DNA from: Geosiphon pyriformis uo1
Lineage: Eukaryota > Fungi > Glomeromycota
DNA length: 64,000 nucleotides
Direction of reading: 5' to 3'
NCBI GenBank assembly: GCA_016748015.1
Contig: JAAOMT010000076.1
Location: 310,001 to 374,000, forward strand
Shown: one piece after another, positions 25,291 to 38,176 of the stretch
Position numbering within the stretch: the stretch's first letter is position 1
Layout of the letters: every line of letters starts with the position of its first letter
Notes under the pieces: generated by a model
Seen by the model: the letters and a program-made list of their open reading frames with translations, nothing else
What the model was told of the DNA's origin: nothing
Database searches by the model: none
Translations under genes and position numbers: made by a program

Positions 25291-27049
25291 TACACAATTT
25301 GATGTTATTTTTGACAATTAGTTCTTATATACAAGTTAGTTGTATAAATAGCAGAATGTATAATAAATGAAATACGGTTTTAAAAAAATATATTAAGACT
25401 AAAACATATTTTTTAAAAGATTTTTATAGTTTAATTATATATTATTGTAACTTTTACAATTTTAAAAAGTTCAATCTTATTATTAATTAAATTTACAAAT
25501 AACATTAGTTTCGTAAAAAACATTTTTATTTGTAGGTTAAAAAAATTACAAATTTGGAAATAGTTGCTAATTAACTTTTTAATAAAATCTGAAATTTTGG
25601 TCATTAATATTATTAACAATCATTTAGCAAATATAATTATTATTTTAAAAAAAATATAATATTAGACTAAATTATACAGATTCAAATTTATTTCAGAGTT
25701 TTAATAATTTTTTCTCTTAAGAAAAACATGTTTATTAAAACTTATAAAGCTTTTAAAAATATGGGTTTAATATTAATATATTAAAGATTAAATAAAAATA
25801 GTAACTTTATAAATTAGACAACTATAAAAATACATTCTTTTTTTGGTATAATACTTTGTTATTTGGTTTTGGTTTTTTAGAAGTTTCGTTATTTGCATAA
25901 GAAACATTGAAAATTGCGATAAATTTTTTGTGTTACTAATAAAATTAAAGATTAAAGTGATATATATTATATTATAAATATTTTTTAAACTCAAACAATT
26001 GTTTTATGTAAAAATTGTTCCAAAATACAAGAAATGCAATATTATAACAATTAATTAATTAGTAATCTAAGTTTGCCATTCCAAAATAAATTTAAATAAA
26101 ATTAATATTTAAAAAGCTTATTGGTTAAATTATTGAATTAATATATATAAAAAGTTGAAAATAAATTAAAAAACATTTGGGTAAAATAGATAACAAAAAG
26201 CTAATAAACTGGTTAAGTATTTTAGCTTTTGTGATTAAATATTACATGTTAAAAGATAAAAAAAATTTAATAAATACTTTTAAAGTACTAATTTTACATA
26301 ATAATAGACAATATATACATAGTATTTACAATAAAAAATAGATCAAGCAAAAGACAAATTGGACATAATTAAAATATATAAATCAACTTAAATAATACAA
26401 CTGAAGTTTTGCACAAGAACTTTTAGATGAAATCTGAACAAATAAGTAAGAAAACAGTTGAACTTTGCACATATGTTATATAAAATTTGCCAGCTGCACA
26501 ATATAAAAATTGTATAACAGTAATTATTTAAGCACTGAGAATTAAAGTGTGAAAAGATGAAAAACTCTGAATATGTGTTTGTCTGTAATGGAGATGAAAG
26601 ATTAGATATGAAATTATAGGTCTTATTTTATATTAAATCTTGGTGGTACACTAATATTTATCATAATTTATGCTTGTTAATGAATTCTATTTTGATAGAT
26701 AAGTCTAAAGAATTTTTAAACATTTACTCAGCTTTAGCTAAGAGATTTATTTTAAAAAGTTGAATAGCTGATTCAGTTGTAGTTTTTAACAATATGAAAT
26801 TAGCTAAATTTGAAGTGGTAGAATTGATCAGGATGTTTCTAAATTCATATAAAAAAATAGTTGGAAGCCATTCATAGAAGCTAGGGCAAATATGTTAGAA
26901 TATGACAATTAGTAAGCATAAGATATTTAAACTCTTGAAGTTGGTGTTAAAGTTAACTAATTTAATAACCAATATTATTTATTGTTAAAAAAATTATTAA
27001 TTGCTGTAAAAAGGTTTATATATTGGTTTGAAAAATAGTAATTATTGAG

Positions 27050-27136
27050 CTCAAGTTGATTTTTGTCGCCGGATTTTTAGGTGACGAGGCTGAAGTTTTT
27101 AATTGCCTAGTTATTGTTTGGCTTGTTGTGGACAGA
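27050..27136 (+). pseudogene. DUF4419-like C-terminal fragment
   Basis: Reads LIFVAGFLGDEAEVFNCLVIVWLVVDR versus LSFVAGFLG(AQQESFGEG)DETEVIVSPVIGWLVVDQ. Confidence 0.8.
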
Positions 27137-29553
27137 CTCAAGAGGATAAATTAAAAGTTTTGAACGCAACAAGGTTATATTTCAATTAGTTTGCTCGCCA
27201 CAAATAGTAAATAATAAATTCTGGAAATTTTCAAAACAGGTTCCGTTAGAAAATAGTTTTTGGTACGCAAAATATCAGTGATGATTTTGCCCGGAAATGA
27301 AAATTTTCCCACGTGCCTTGAATGTTGAGAGTCAAAAGAATTCAAGATGCAATCTCTAAAAATTTGAGTCATTTATAAGTGGGGTTTTCAAAGCCAAATT
27401 AGTTTTTCAAGGATTGAAATATTTAAATAAAAGTAATTTATCCATAAAATTTTTATACAGGATTAGGGAATTTTGTTGACCTTTTTCTTTAAATAAAAGT
27501 AGAATATTTTAGCATTTTTTCGAGCCTCATATTGGCTGACTAACAATGCAAATATCTTTTCGTGTCTTTCTTTAATTGCAAAATGCAAAGATGTACAATT
27601 TCCGCCGAAAGTGATGCAAAATATTTCACAGGAGTTAAATGGCCTTGATATTATAAGTAATTGCAGCATTAAAATTAATCATTAAAGATATTAATAAAAC
27701 ATAACCTTTTTTATTTTATATATTGACTTAGGCTCCAGTTTGAGCTAATTCTTTCCCTAGAAATAAAACCCTTAAATCAGAAATGAACTTAATAGAAAAC
27801 ACAAAAGCTCACTGTATTGAATATAAATCTTTTTAAATAACAATTAAAAAGTTTTAATTTAAATACTTTTAAAAAATGTGGTTCAACTATTATTTATGCA
27901 TATACAACAGAGCATATTACCTATTAAAAGTAACTTATGCACTTTTAATATATAACCAGCCATTTAAACTTATGCTAAAACTACATTATACCAAAATACC
28001 AGTATTTAAAACCATATTTTTAACATATTTTTTAGTCTTATAAATTTTATCATGCCAATTATTTACAGTTTGTTAAAAATTACCCAATTTTTAGTTATTA
28101 TTTAAGGTAATATGTTTAATAAAACACATAAATGCTTTAACATTAAAAAAAATTCCTTAATTATTTTTTAAAAAAAAGTTGATATAAGTTATTAATTATA
28201 TATATACAGATTTTTTAAGAAAGTTTACTTAAAACAATAAAGTTAGCATGAATAAAGTCCATATTTTTTATCAAAAAACCAACAAATTCTGTAAAAGTTT
28301 AAAAAAAACCAATTTATTATAAATTTTAATGTTAAGCTTATAAAATTAAATTACAAATAGTAGAAACATACAATAGATAACCAACCAATTGGGCTTAAAA
28401 CAAAACTTTTTAAATTGGATGTTTCATTAAATATTTTACTAAGATTGAAAAACAGCTTTGTAAATAAAAGCGAAATAAACTGAAATTTAGCATTTGCAAT
28501 GATATTAACAATTAAAAATTTTCCACCAAATTTAATTGTTTTTTAAGTAACTGTGATATTAAAAGCTTTTTGAATTGTAAAAATCACAATTACTTATTTT
28601 TAATGATACTTAAAATTATATAAAAGAATTTTTTAAAAAGTATTTTGTCAGGTTTTCTAAATCTGGTGACAAATTTTTTGGAAACTGAATCTGACCTTTG
28701 ATACTGTTTTAAAAGTCACAAAAACAAGATTCTAATAACATGATTTTAATATTTATAGTCTCTTACTTATTTATATTTTATTTGTTGTTGTAAAGTGGAG
28801 AAAAATGAATATAATTTTATTTATTTGTTCAAGAAATATGTTAAAATTTGAAAAATTATTTAGTAATATTACATTATTTTTGAGTTTGGTTGCAAATTAA
28901 GCTTGTATGTACTTTGATTGTTTTAATAATTTCGTTGTATTTTTATATTTAATTGAAAATGCGAAAAATAGATTTCAAGTTTGGATATCCAAAATGGTTT
29001 CCAATAATTTAAAATTCATAAAATAAGAGCAAAGAAATTAGATAACACAAACACAAATTATGAGATAGCAATCAAATTATAATTTTTTTGGCTTAAATCC
29101 CTTAACTCGATTTTATCGGGTAACTCCTCGGCCTTTTTACTTTCGGCAATGCCAATTATAAAATGATACGAGATGCCAATCGCCCGAGAATGTCGACAAC
29201 AAGCCAAATATTATCGAGTCAAATGGAAAAATGTTCAGTGTTTTAATATATTTGAACGCCATTTTTTGAAATCAAGCCGCTTTAGGAACTCGATAGTCAT
29301 TACAATAACATATCAAAAAAGGACAATAGGAATTATCCAATTATTATATATAGAGTTTCCCAACAAAAGAAACTTCTATTTGTTTTTTTAAATAAATATT
29401 TTTGCTTTGCTTTTATTTAAGCTGCAAAAGCGGAGCTAGATCTACAGTTTACAAAAAAAGCACGCAGGTCGTGGGAAGTTTCCATAATGCTAAAAGCTAC
29501 TTATAAATATAATTTAGATATTGTGGAAACATTGGATTCTTTATTGAATCATC

Positions 29554-30644
29554 ATGGCTTCTCAACAACGAAGTACCCAAATTCTCAGCACCACTTTGAA
29601 AAAAACTACGAAATTACTTGACAACACTCCTATAAAAGAATATTATACAAAATTTTACAAAAACCAAGAAAAAATCCTTCATTCAATCTCTATTGATTAT
29701 CCGGAAAAAGATACAATAAATCCATATTCAATTATTGACGATAACCAGGTGGAAAATGGTTTCGTTGCAGCCATTCAACAAGCTTACAATCATCATCAAC
29801 ATCTTCGTATCTCACCCGATGACGTTTGGTTAGCCATTGCCCAAGGGGTTAGTAATCATATCAATAACAACGCCGAAAGATTCCGATATTATTTTGTTAA
29901 ACATGAAGGTCAAAAAGAAATTTGTATTTTCGCTGGCGACATATTGAGTACTGAAAATAATCAGCTTAAGGGTGATTGGCCAGTTGCTATAAATCGACTC
30001 ACAACAAAAGTTGACGAAAACGTGACGAAAGTTGATTTATCTAAAACCTTAGAATGTGATTTTAGCACTANNNNNNNNNNNNNNNNNNNNNNNNNNNNNN
30101 NNNNNNNNNNNNNNNNNNNNNNNNNNNNNNNNNNNNNNNNNNNNNNNNNNNNNNNNNNNNNNNNNNNNNNNNNNNNNNNNNNNNNNNNNNNNNNNNNNNN
30201 NNNNNNNNNNNNNNNNNNNNNNNNNNNNNNNNNNNNNNNNNNNNNNNNNNNNNNNNNNNNNNNNNNNNNNNNNNNNNNNNNNNNNNNNNNNNNNNNNNNN
30301 NNNNNNNNNNNNNNNNNNNNNNNNNNNNNNNNNNNNNNNNNNNNNNNNNNNNNNNNNNNNNNNNNNNNNNNNNNNNNNNNNNNNNNNNNNNNNNNNNNNN
30401 NNNNNNNNNNNNNNNNNNNNNNNNNNNNNNNNNNNNNNNNNNNNNNNNNNNNNNNNNNNNNNNNNNNNNNNNNNNNNNNNNNNNACAAGTAAATGTTCCA
30501 TTCGACACAGATATTGGTTTCGTTTTAAGTTTTGTCGCTGGTTTTTTGGGTGCTCAGCAAGAGAGTTTTGGAGAGGGTGACGAGACTGAAGTTATTGTTT
30601 CCCCAGTTATTGGTTGGCTTGTGGTGGACCAAATAAAAGATTGA
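29554..30644 (+). CDS. DUF4419-like protein (A-type), probably intact, spanning N-gap 30071-30484
   Basis: Open 5' half from ATG 29554; after the gap QVNVPFDTDIGFVLSFVAGFLGAQQ...WLVVDQIKD* ends at TGA 30642-30644. The gap (414 N) is close to the 400 nt expected from the 16793 copy. Confidence 0.8.
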
Positions 30645-30949
30645 AAATATTTGATTTTTATCAAGTGTAGATTTAGCTCCAAAGTTTGTATAAAGATAAA
30701 CGTAGTAATTAAAAATATTAAAATGTTATTTTAGCATAATATCTTAATTATGGCTTTTAAATAATTATTTTTGATAATTTAACCAAATTAATTTTTTTCA
30801 CCATTGATATTTAAAATAAGCTATTAAAATTTACAATCTAATTTTAAGTGTGTCGGATGGCTGGTCACGTGTTGAAACCACACGATCCACATCTATAGTT
30901 ACCTTGTTTGTACCTAGATTAGACAGTGGAAGGATTACACTGTCATAGC

Positions 30950-33900
30950 AATAAAAAAAATGTAGTAAATATTATTTTTTATTTAGTTTTATAATTATTT
31001 TATTACCAAGTTATGACATATTAATAAGTAAACTTACTTTTAATTTTGATTATTGATATAATTCTTAATTTTTTTATCACATCAAATATATAAACGAAGT
31101 TTTTAAAGCTGTAAAAAATATTTATTTAATAAAATAAATATTATTTTTAAATTAATATATCAATATTTTTTAAATTAATTAATATATTGTTAAATAATAA
31201 ATAATGTTAATTGTTAAATTTCAAATATTAACTAAAAATATTAAATTATTATAATTTTTTAATAATTATAAAGAATTTGTTTTTTTACTATTTATTCTAA
31301 TTACAAAAAGTTATATAAACTTAAATTATGCATTTTTAACATGTAATCAGCTATCTAAATTTATTTTATAACATTATTATACTAATCTAATTATATTTTT
31401 ATATTTATTTTTATTTTTATAATTGCACATAAACCATGTTAAAATATATTTAACTTAATATCCTTCTTAAAATAGCTTGCTTAACAATTTTTTCTTTAGA
31501 AAACATTGAATCGTTTGTATTAACTTTACTGATTATATCTACTAATATGTTCTTATTACTCATTTTTTTATATTTTAATCTTAATTTAATTGTAAAGATT
31601 TAATTGTGTAAATCTTTTTATCTTTGCAGTTGCCAATTTGGTATTTTCAAAAACTTTTAAAACTTTTCAGTGCTAAATTTTTAACATAAAACTTTTGCCC
31701 AATATTTTGTAAAGTTTTTTTATTACTAATAAATTATTACTATTTTTATAAATAAATAATTTATATATATGCTTAAAAACATTAAACTTGTAGGTTTTAA
31801 AACTTATGCAATTTTTTATATTTAATTATAATTTTAGTCTTAATTTCAATATTAACTATATATTTAAAAACATTATTTAATACAACTTATGTTTAAATAT
31901 TTAATATTGTATATCTTTTTGTATTCTTTTATAAGAAGTTTTTCCATCAAGTATTTTATAACATAATTGTGAATTTTAGAAATTTTGCCACTTGTTAAAC
32001 TTATACCAAGATGTAATTTAAAGTATTATACCAAAATAGTTTTTTTTTCAATTAATATTATTAACGAAATTCATGTTTAAATATTTCTTAACATATTTAA
32101 CTTCTTATTAGATGTAATTAACAAAATTATACATTTAATTATCAACAATAATTGAATTATTTTTGTATTATAAAAACTTATTACGAATTTCATAAAATAT
32201 TTTCAAGTTTAAAATTAGAGTTTAATCCACTAAATGATTAATTATTTTTTTCTTTTTGACCTCTAAATAATTTTTGATCTTTTTTTAGTATATTAACAGA
32301 CTCTTATGTTTAATTATTTTTGCAATTTTGTGTTTTTTATTCAGTACTTGCTTTTATAATTAGATTTTAAGTATAAATTTCTAATTTACACAAATTAATT
32401 GCTATATTGCTATCCATATATATATTATACTCTTTTTTTTAAACACATATTTGGACACCAATTTAATAGCCATCAACTTAATAATCAGTAATAATAATAT
32501 TTTTATTATTTGATTTCAATTTTTTTATTTATGTTATCAAAGTATGTTACAACAGTACCAAAAACTGTTTTAATCCAATATTCTTAACCAAATTATTCGT
32601 AAAATTAAAAATTATATACCTAGTAAATTCAGGTAACTATATATTTCTTTAATATTATTATTAAAACAAATTACTATGTTTTACTTAGAATTTTCTCTTT
32701 ATAATTGTTGCATCATTTTTTATTTTCTCTTTTTTACTGTCGCTTCTTTGAATAATAAATCTTAATCTGTTACTTATATATTGCTACTAGAATTATATAT
32801 TTTTTAATGTTAAAAAAATACTGTAAAATTATATCCAATCCAAATGTTGTTTTAGCAATTGCTATTCAGCTTCAGCTATAAAAGGTTTTTAGATATAATA
32901 ACCTATATTTTGGAAAGATGTCAACTAGTTCAAGACTGTCTTCTAATTGTCAATTCTTAATAAATTCCAAGAGCTTCCTTCTTGAAATGTAAAACTCAAT
33001 AAATGAGTACCCAATTAAAAATACATTTAAAATAAAAAGAAATAAATTTAAGCATGTTAAATTCTAATATTAATTTCAAACTAGTTTGTTAGTTGCCATT
33101 CTTTTAATTAGTTAATTAGTTTAAGATTAAGAAAAACTCATATCAAAAGTTCACTCTTTGTTGATTATTGCTAATTTCGTTTAATACTATTAACTAATTA
33201 ACTAAAAATGAATAATTAAATAACCAAATTAAAAGATTGAATAATTAAATAATTAGGTAATAAATAATCGAATAAATAAATAATAAAGTGAGTAAATAAA
33301 AATCAAATTATTTTTATAATGCTTTTGAAATCTTATTTTTTGTTAATACTTATATTGTCCAAAATTTATATTCTATTATTATTGTTTAATATATTAAGAT
33401 TAATTAGCTTGGCCAAATACTTTTCATATAGTTTATACTAATTCAAAATTAGGTCTTTAAGACTAGGTGTCTTTATTTTTTGAATATGATTTAAGTTATT
33501 ATTACACTTTTTTTATCAAAAAACTGTTTTATTTAAAACACACTTAGTTTTTTGAGCATTTGTACTAAAGCATAATATTTGTTTCTACTTAATATTTTTA
33601 ATACTAGTTTATTAATATTTGGTTTGAAAAAATATATATTATTAAATATATATATTTATTTTCAAATATAGAAAATTTTTATTATGTTTATTAAGTTACA
33701 GTTTTATGAATATATTCTTATTCTTATAGAATTTGTCAACAAATTTTTAGATTTTTACTTTAGTATATACAAGTTTAGGAATTTGTGTTAAAAATTTGTC
33801 AACAATTTTTTATATTTACAAATTTTATAACTAGGAACCATTTTGTTTTTTTATTTGCAATTAGATAAATTTTTTGATTTTGTAAAAACATGGATGGTAA

Positions 33901-34380
33901 ATATCCTTTTTGAGAAATTTCTAAATAAGTTAGTCTTGAACTTTATATTTTTTTTTGTTAGTTTTTTATTTATTACTTTATTTATTAAAAATTTCAAGCT
34001 AATTTTATTATATTTATCTATTTATTTTACTCTGTAATAATGTTTCAAAAAAATTTTAGAAAAATTTATTATTATTAATTTATTGTATAAGTTTTTTTGG
34101 TTTTTGTATTTGTATTTGTAATTTATTTGTTATTGAATTCTAAAAAATACAGAAATTTAAGAAAAATTAGAATTTGTAAAATTTAATTAAGCAAGAATTT
34201 TGGGGTGATTTTTTAATTTTTATGTTGACATTTTATTGATTTTTTTAAAAAAAATTTTATTAACAAAAATGGGGTTTCAATTGTTATTGAAATGTTATTT
34301 TACACACTTTTTTTTATAATTATTTTGTAACATTGGCCTAATTATTTGTAAGAATTTTTTATATTTTATTATATTTAAAT
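30950..34380. other. Extremely AT-rich, CpG-poor block (probably decayed transposon DNA); similar blocks at about 17.7-18.35, 24.1-26.4, 27.8-28.6, 43.1-45.5, 55.2-58.7 and 62.5-64 kb
   Basis: Visibly lower G/C than genic DNA, almost no CG dinucleotides and no credible ORFs; some blocks border recognisable TE or kinase relics. Confidence 0.6.
34070..34378. repeat. AT-rich dispersed repeat; related copies at about 17875-18130 (+) and about 4975-5110 (-)
   Basis: Shared core tttattaacaaaaatggg.tttcaattgttatt.aaat...ataattattt.gtaa.att.g.ctaattatt (inverted at 4975-5110), and tattgtataagt...tttatgttg..attt..gattttt...taacaaaaatgg at 17.9-18.1 kb. Confidence 0.7.
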
Positions 34381-34449
34381 AGTTTGAAATAGTCATCTAC
34401 CAAAGCCTCTTATATTATCTAGCATAAAATCAGATTAATTTTACTTGAA

Positions 34450-34950
34450 CTAGTGATCAACTACAAGCCACCCAATAACAGAGGAAATAAAAACTTCAAT
34501 ATCAGCTCCTTCAACAATGGTGGTTTGATGAGCTCCCAAAAAACCGGCCGAGAATTGGAGTTTCTTATCAAGATCGGTATCAAATGAAACATTTACCATA
34601 CCATCAGGTATTTCCTCAGTGACAATGTTATTATAGAATATTTTATCATCACTTTTTTCATATGGGAAAAAGATTGCAATCCAGCCATCCCACGATGCCG
34701 GTGTTCCTGATCCACCACCACGTTTCATTAAGACCTTGCTCCAAAATTTCTCGTTAATATCACCACGGTACGTCTCAACGAGCTGCTAAACTACCGGTTC
34801 CAACCTATCTAACCAAAAATCCATGTCGAGGGAAAGCTCACGAAGTTTGACCACTTTTTTTTTAAGGTTTTCCCAATCTTCGAGAGTTCCCTCAAGAGTG
34901 ACTTTAGGAATCCCACAACGAGTCCACACACGATACTTGAAATATTTTTT
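34450..34950 (-). pseudogene. DUF4419-like pseudogene (B-type), 5'-truncated
   Basis: 3' half of the 21824 gene from KYFKYRVWTRCGIP to VIGWLVVDH*. W>TAG at 34786-34788; 3' flank homology (tttatgctagataatataagaggctttggtag) retained; homology ends abruptly near 34950. Confidence 0.9.
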
Positions 34951-36439
34951 ATTATTGTCATGTTTTTTGACTTATCTCAAAAAGGCAAAGCCTAGGATTA
35001 AAATCTCTTAATTACAATTAGTAAACAATGAAGATCAAAAGATACTATTCTTATATTTTAGAAATAAGAACTTTTCGAATGTTTTGAAAGATCATACATG
35101 TTGCATATGAACGGCATCCGTTTTTGCAAAGAGGCAGCCCCATGAACTGCATTACTATTGTCGTTAATTGATTACATAAATTTTTGCATGACTCAGGACG
35201 TGAAAAGGCTGAAGAAGTTTTCCTGTAGGACATTTTTGAACATGCATTTGGGCGTTTACTTTGTAATCTAGATCATCCTAAATATTAGATCATCCTAAAT
35301 ATTAGATCATTTTGGAGGCTTAATAATGGATTGGAATTGCGCATAAATGAAACATAGTTAGAACAAATTTTTTTTAGACCTGATTGATTTCTTATTTTAG
35401 AAATCTACGCAATCAAAAGAAAGTTTAAAATCATTATTTACATACACATGATTCTTGGAATATTGAGATTTGAAAGATTTGAGAGATTTGAGGAAAAAAT
35501 TATTGATTGAAAGTATAATTTTGAACGGCCAAAAGGCCGCTAAGAAGAATTAAAGATCATAGAGTACATGATATGGACAGTCATGGTATTGTAGAGACTT
35601 TTTATTTCATGGATTAACCAAAAAGATCATTAAAATGTGCCGATATCTGCGAGATTAATAATTCGGATCTTCCGATGTTTGATGGTGAAACCTGCAATAA
35701 GTCCCTGCACGACAACCTTTTGACATGTGTTTCCCAAGAAAATTGACATAAAAAATTTTGGGCCGTTTTAAGCCTATAATTTTTTTAAAGTAAAATTTGC
35801 TCATGGCGAAATATGAGTAAAAATAGCAAATATTTTGAATTGTTGTGCAAACAAAAGACGACAATACTTTTAATTTGTTTAGAGAACAATGCTCCATTAA
35901 AACTTCTACTTGTGAAAAATTTTACAGTATCCGTTTTATTAATGAAATTTGTAACCTTATCCTTTCTTTTTTTCGTAATTTGTTTTTTTAAAAGAAAAGT
36001 TTCCATATTTTTTTTTTCATTGTTGAAAAAAAAAAGAATAGACGATCATGATATAACCAAATCGTGAGGAAATTTAAAAAACAAATTGACAAAACAAATT
36101 CAATTTTAATTTTAATTTCAAATTTACTGAAAATAATAAGCAAATAACTGAAATCTTGATACTATTTGCTAACTTTTATAGTAATAATATTTTTAACACT
36201 TTTAATTTTTAATTCGCGCTTAAATTGTTGACGCATAAGTATTTTTAAAAAGTGTGTTTAATTTTCTAAAACCTTAAATATTATTACTTAATTTTAATTT
36301 AAATTAAAGGTTTGAACAAAGTAAACCTGAAAATTAGAATTAATTTTTTTTTATTTTTCTAATAACCAGAGTTTTGGATTATTGATTTTTGAGATTTCAT
36401 AAAAAAAAAACAAATAAAACTTTATTTATAATGACCAAA

Positions 36440-36442
<3 letters not shown>

Positions 36443-36490
<48 letters not shown>
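36443..36490. repeat. (TAT)16 microsatellite
   Basis: Perfect trinucleotide run. Confidence 0.95.
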
Positions 36491-36819
36491 CAAAAAATGC
36501 AAAGTTTGATACATTTAATCGGGTTAAATTTAATAAAAAAAACTTTTTTGTTTTAATTTGAATAAAAAATAATTTCATTTTTTTAATCGTAAACACGTTA
36601 AATTAGTGAACAATCTAAAAATTCTTAATAAAAATGAATTAAAATTTTTTCTTTTCTTGAATCATATGAGGGAATATATTCGGGAATCGTAAAAGTAATT
36701 CGTTTGAATACTGTTCTAGATATTTTTAATTCCAAGAATTTTTTTCATAAAATTTAGCCACATCCCAAAACCCCTTTTTTACTGCAGCTGATTTGCCAAC
36801 GCTTTAAAATCACAAATAT

Positions 36820-36864
<45 letters not shown>

Positions 36865-37896
36865 AACAATACCCCTTTGGGGATTTTTATTCCAAGGAAT
36901 TTCCTCAAACAATCTATTAAATCATATTTGCATCTCAAGAAATTTTTTAGGGAGATTCTTGCTGCTTTTTGCTCATAAAGAGACCCAACCCTAAAGAATA
37001 TTTAATCTGAACTTTAAATCTTGTCATTGTTTGAGACATTTAATCCACTCAAAGTTTAGTGGTACTGAAATTGTGATAACCAAAGAAAATGAATTCAAGG
37101 CAAGGAAATTTTCACTTTGGATAACTCGTATAAAACGGAATTTCCTCTTCCTTTGTTATATTTTTCCTAAAAGCAATTTAAATAACAACGTCATCGATAA
37201 AAGCTATCTACTAACTAATTAACTAACTAACTAACTAACTAACTTACTTGTTTGTTATGCATGACACCACTGTTCTACACTTGGAAATACTAAAAATATC
37301 AATATGACGAAATTCTATGATCCAACATGCAAATTTTTATTGTGAAATATATTAGCGAACCAAGAAACTGAACACAATGTAAAAGATGATCAAGGTGTAG
37401 CCAAACTTTAATATACTGGAATCAAACGAGGATATTTTTCACAAAAACGTCATAAAAAAGTTTTCGAATATAAATAATAGGTTACGCATCGCATTAAACT
37501 TTCTGTAACTTGGTGTGACATTCATCTTTAGATAATCCAGCGTTTTTATAGGACGCAAGAAGATGATCCCTTTGAAATTCAATTTAACACAACTTTTGTC
37601 TTCAGTTACAACCCGTGTACCTGTCACAAATACGTCATAGATATATTTCACATTTACTATTTACCTTTTTTTTTATTCGAGGAAAAAAAAAAAAAAAAAA
37701 AAAAAGAAAATTTTGAGTTTGTAAGTTTCAAAGTAAATAAAATAAAACTTTTTTAAACTTTCATGTCGTACAAGATGATCAGTATACAGGCGAAAAAAAA
37801 TAATAATTTCAGTTTAACAAGAGTCGTGGGATAATTAAATTTAATAGTCACAATCATAACTTTTCGTTCAAGATTTTACTGGGCTCTCAATATAAA

Positions 37897-38058
37897 CACG
37901 TGTTTCTATATAACTGAAAGGAATTGGGAAAATATTCAAATTTATCCAAAGGAATTGGAGCTAGCCGATTTTATTGGTGTTCACTTTTATTGTTTGCATT
38001 ATTTGATGACGTCATAATTTTTTGAAAAATAATCGGTTCTTTGGAAATTCCTATAAAA
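37897..38058 (+). promoter_or_regulatory. Candidate promoter of the Zn2Cys6 gene: E-box CACGTG (37897), CRE/ATF palindrome ATGACGTCAT (38006-38015), TATAAAA (~38052)
   Basis: Canonical motifs in plausible order 120-280 bp upstream of ATG 38177; function not demonstrated. Confidence 0.5.
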
Positions 38059-38176
38059 ATGGACCAAATTCCCGAGACTGAAAACTAGTGACTCCAAAGC
38101 ATTCACTCTTCTCGTAGGGGGTTCAATAACACTTTCTTTACTATTGATTATTTTCATCCTTGATGACCAATTGACC

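Noticed and set aside
29961-30580. Long ORFs made of X residues
   Set aside because: Read-through of the N-gap.
37300-37640. Stop-interrupted coding-like frame upstream of the first Zn2Cys6 gene
   Set aside because: Could be a gene fossil, but no motif is recognisable.
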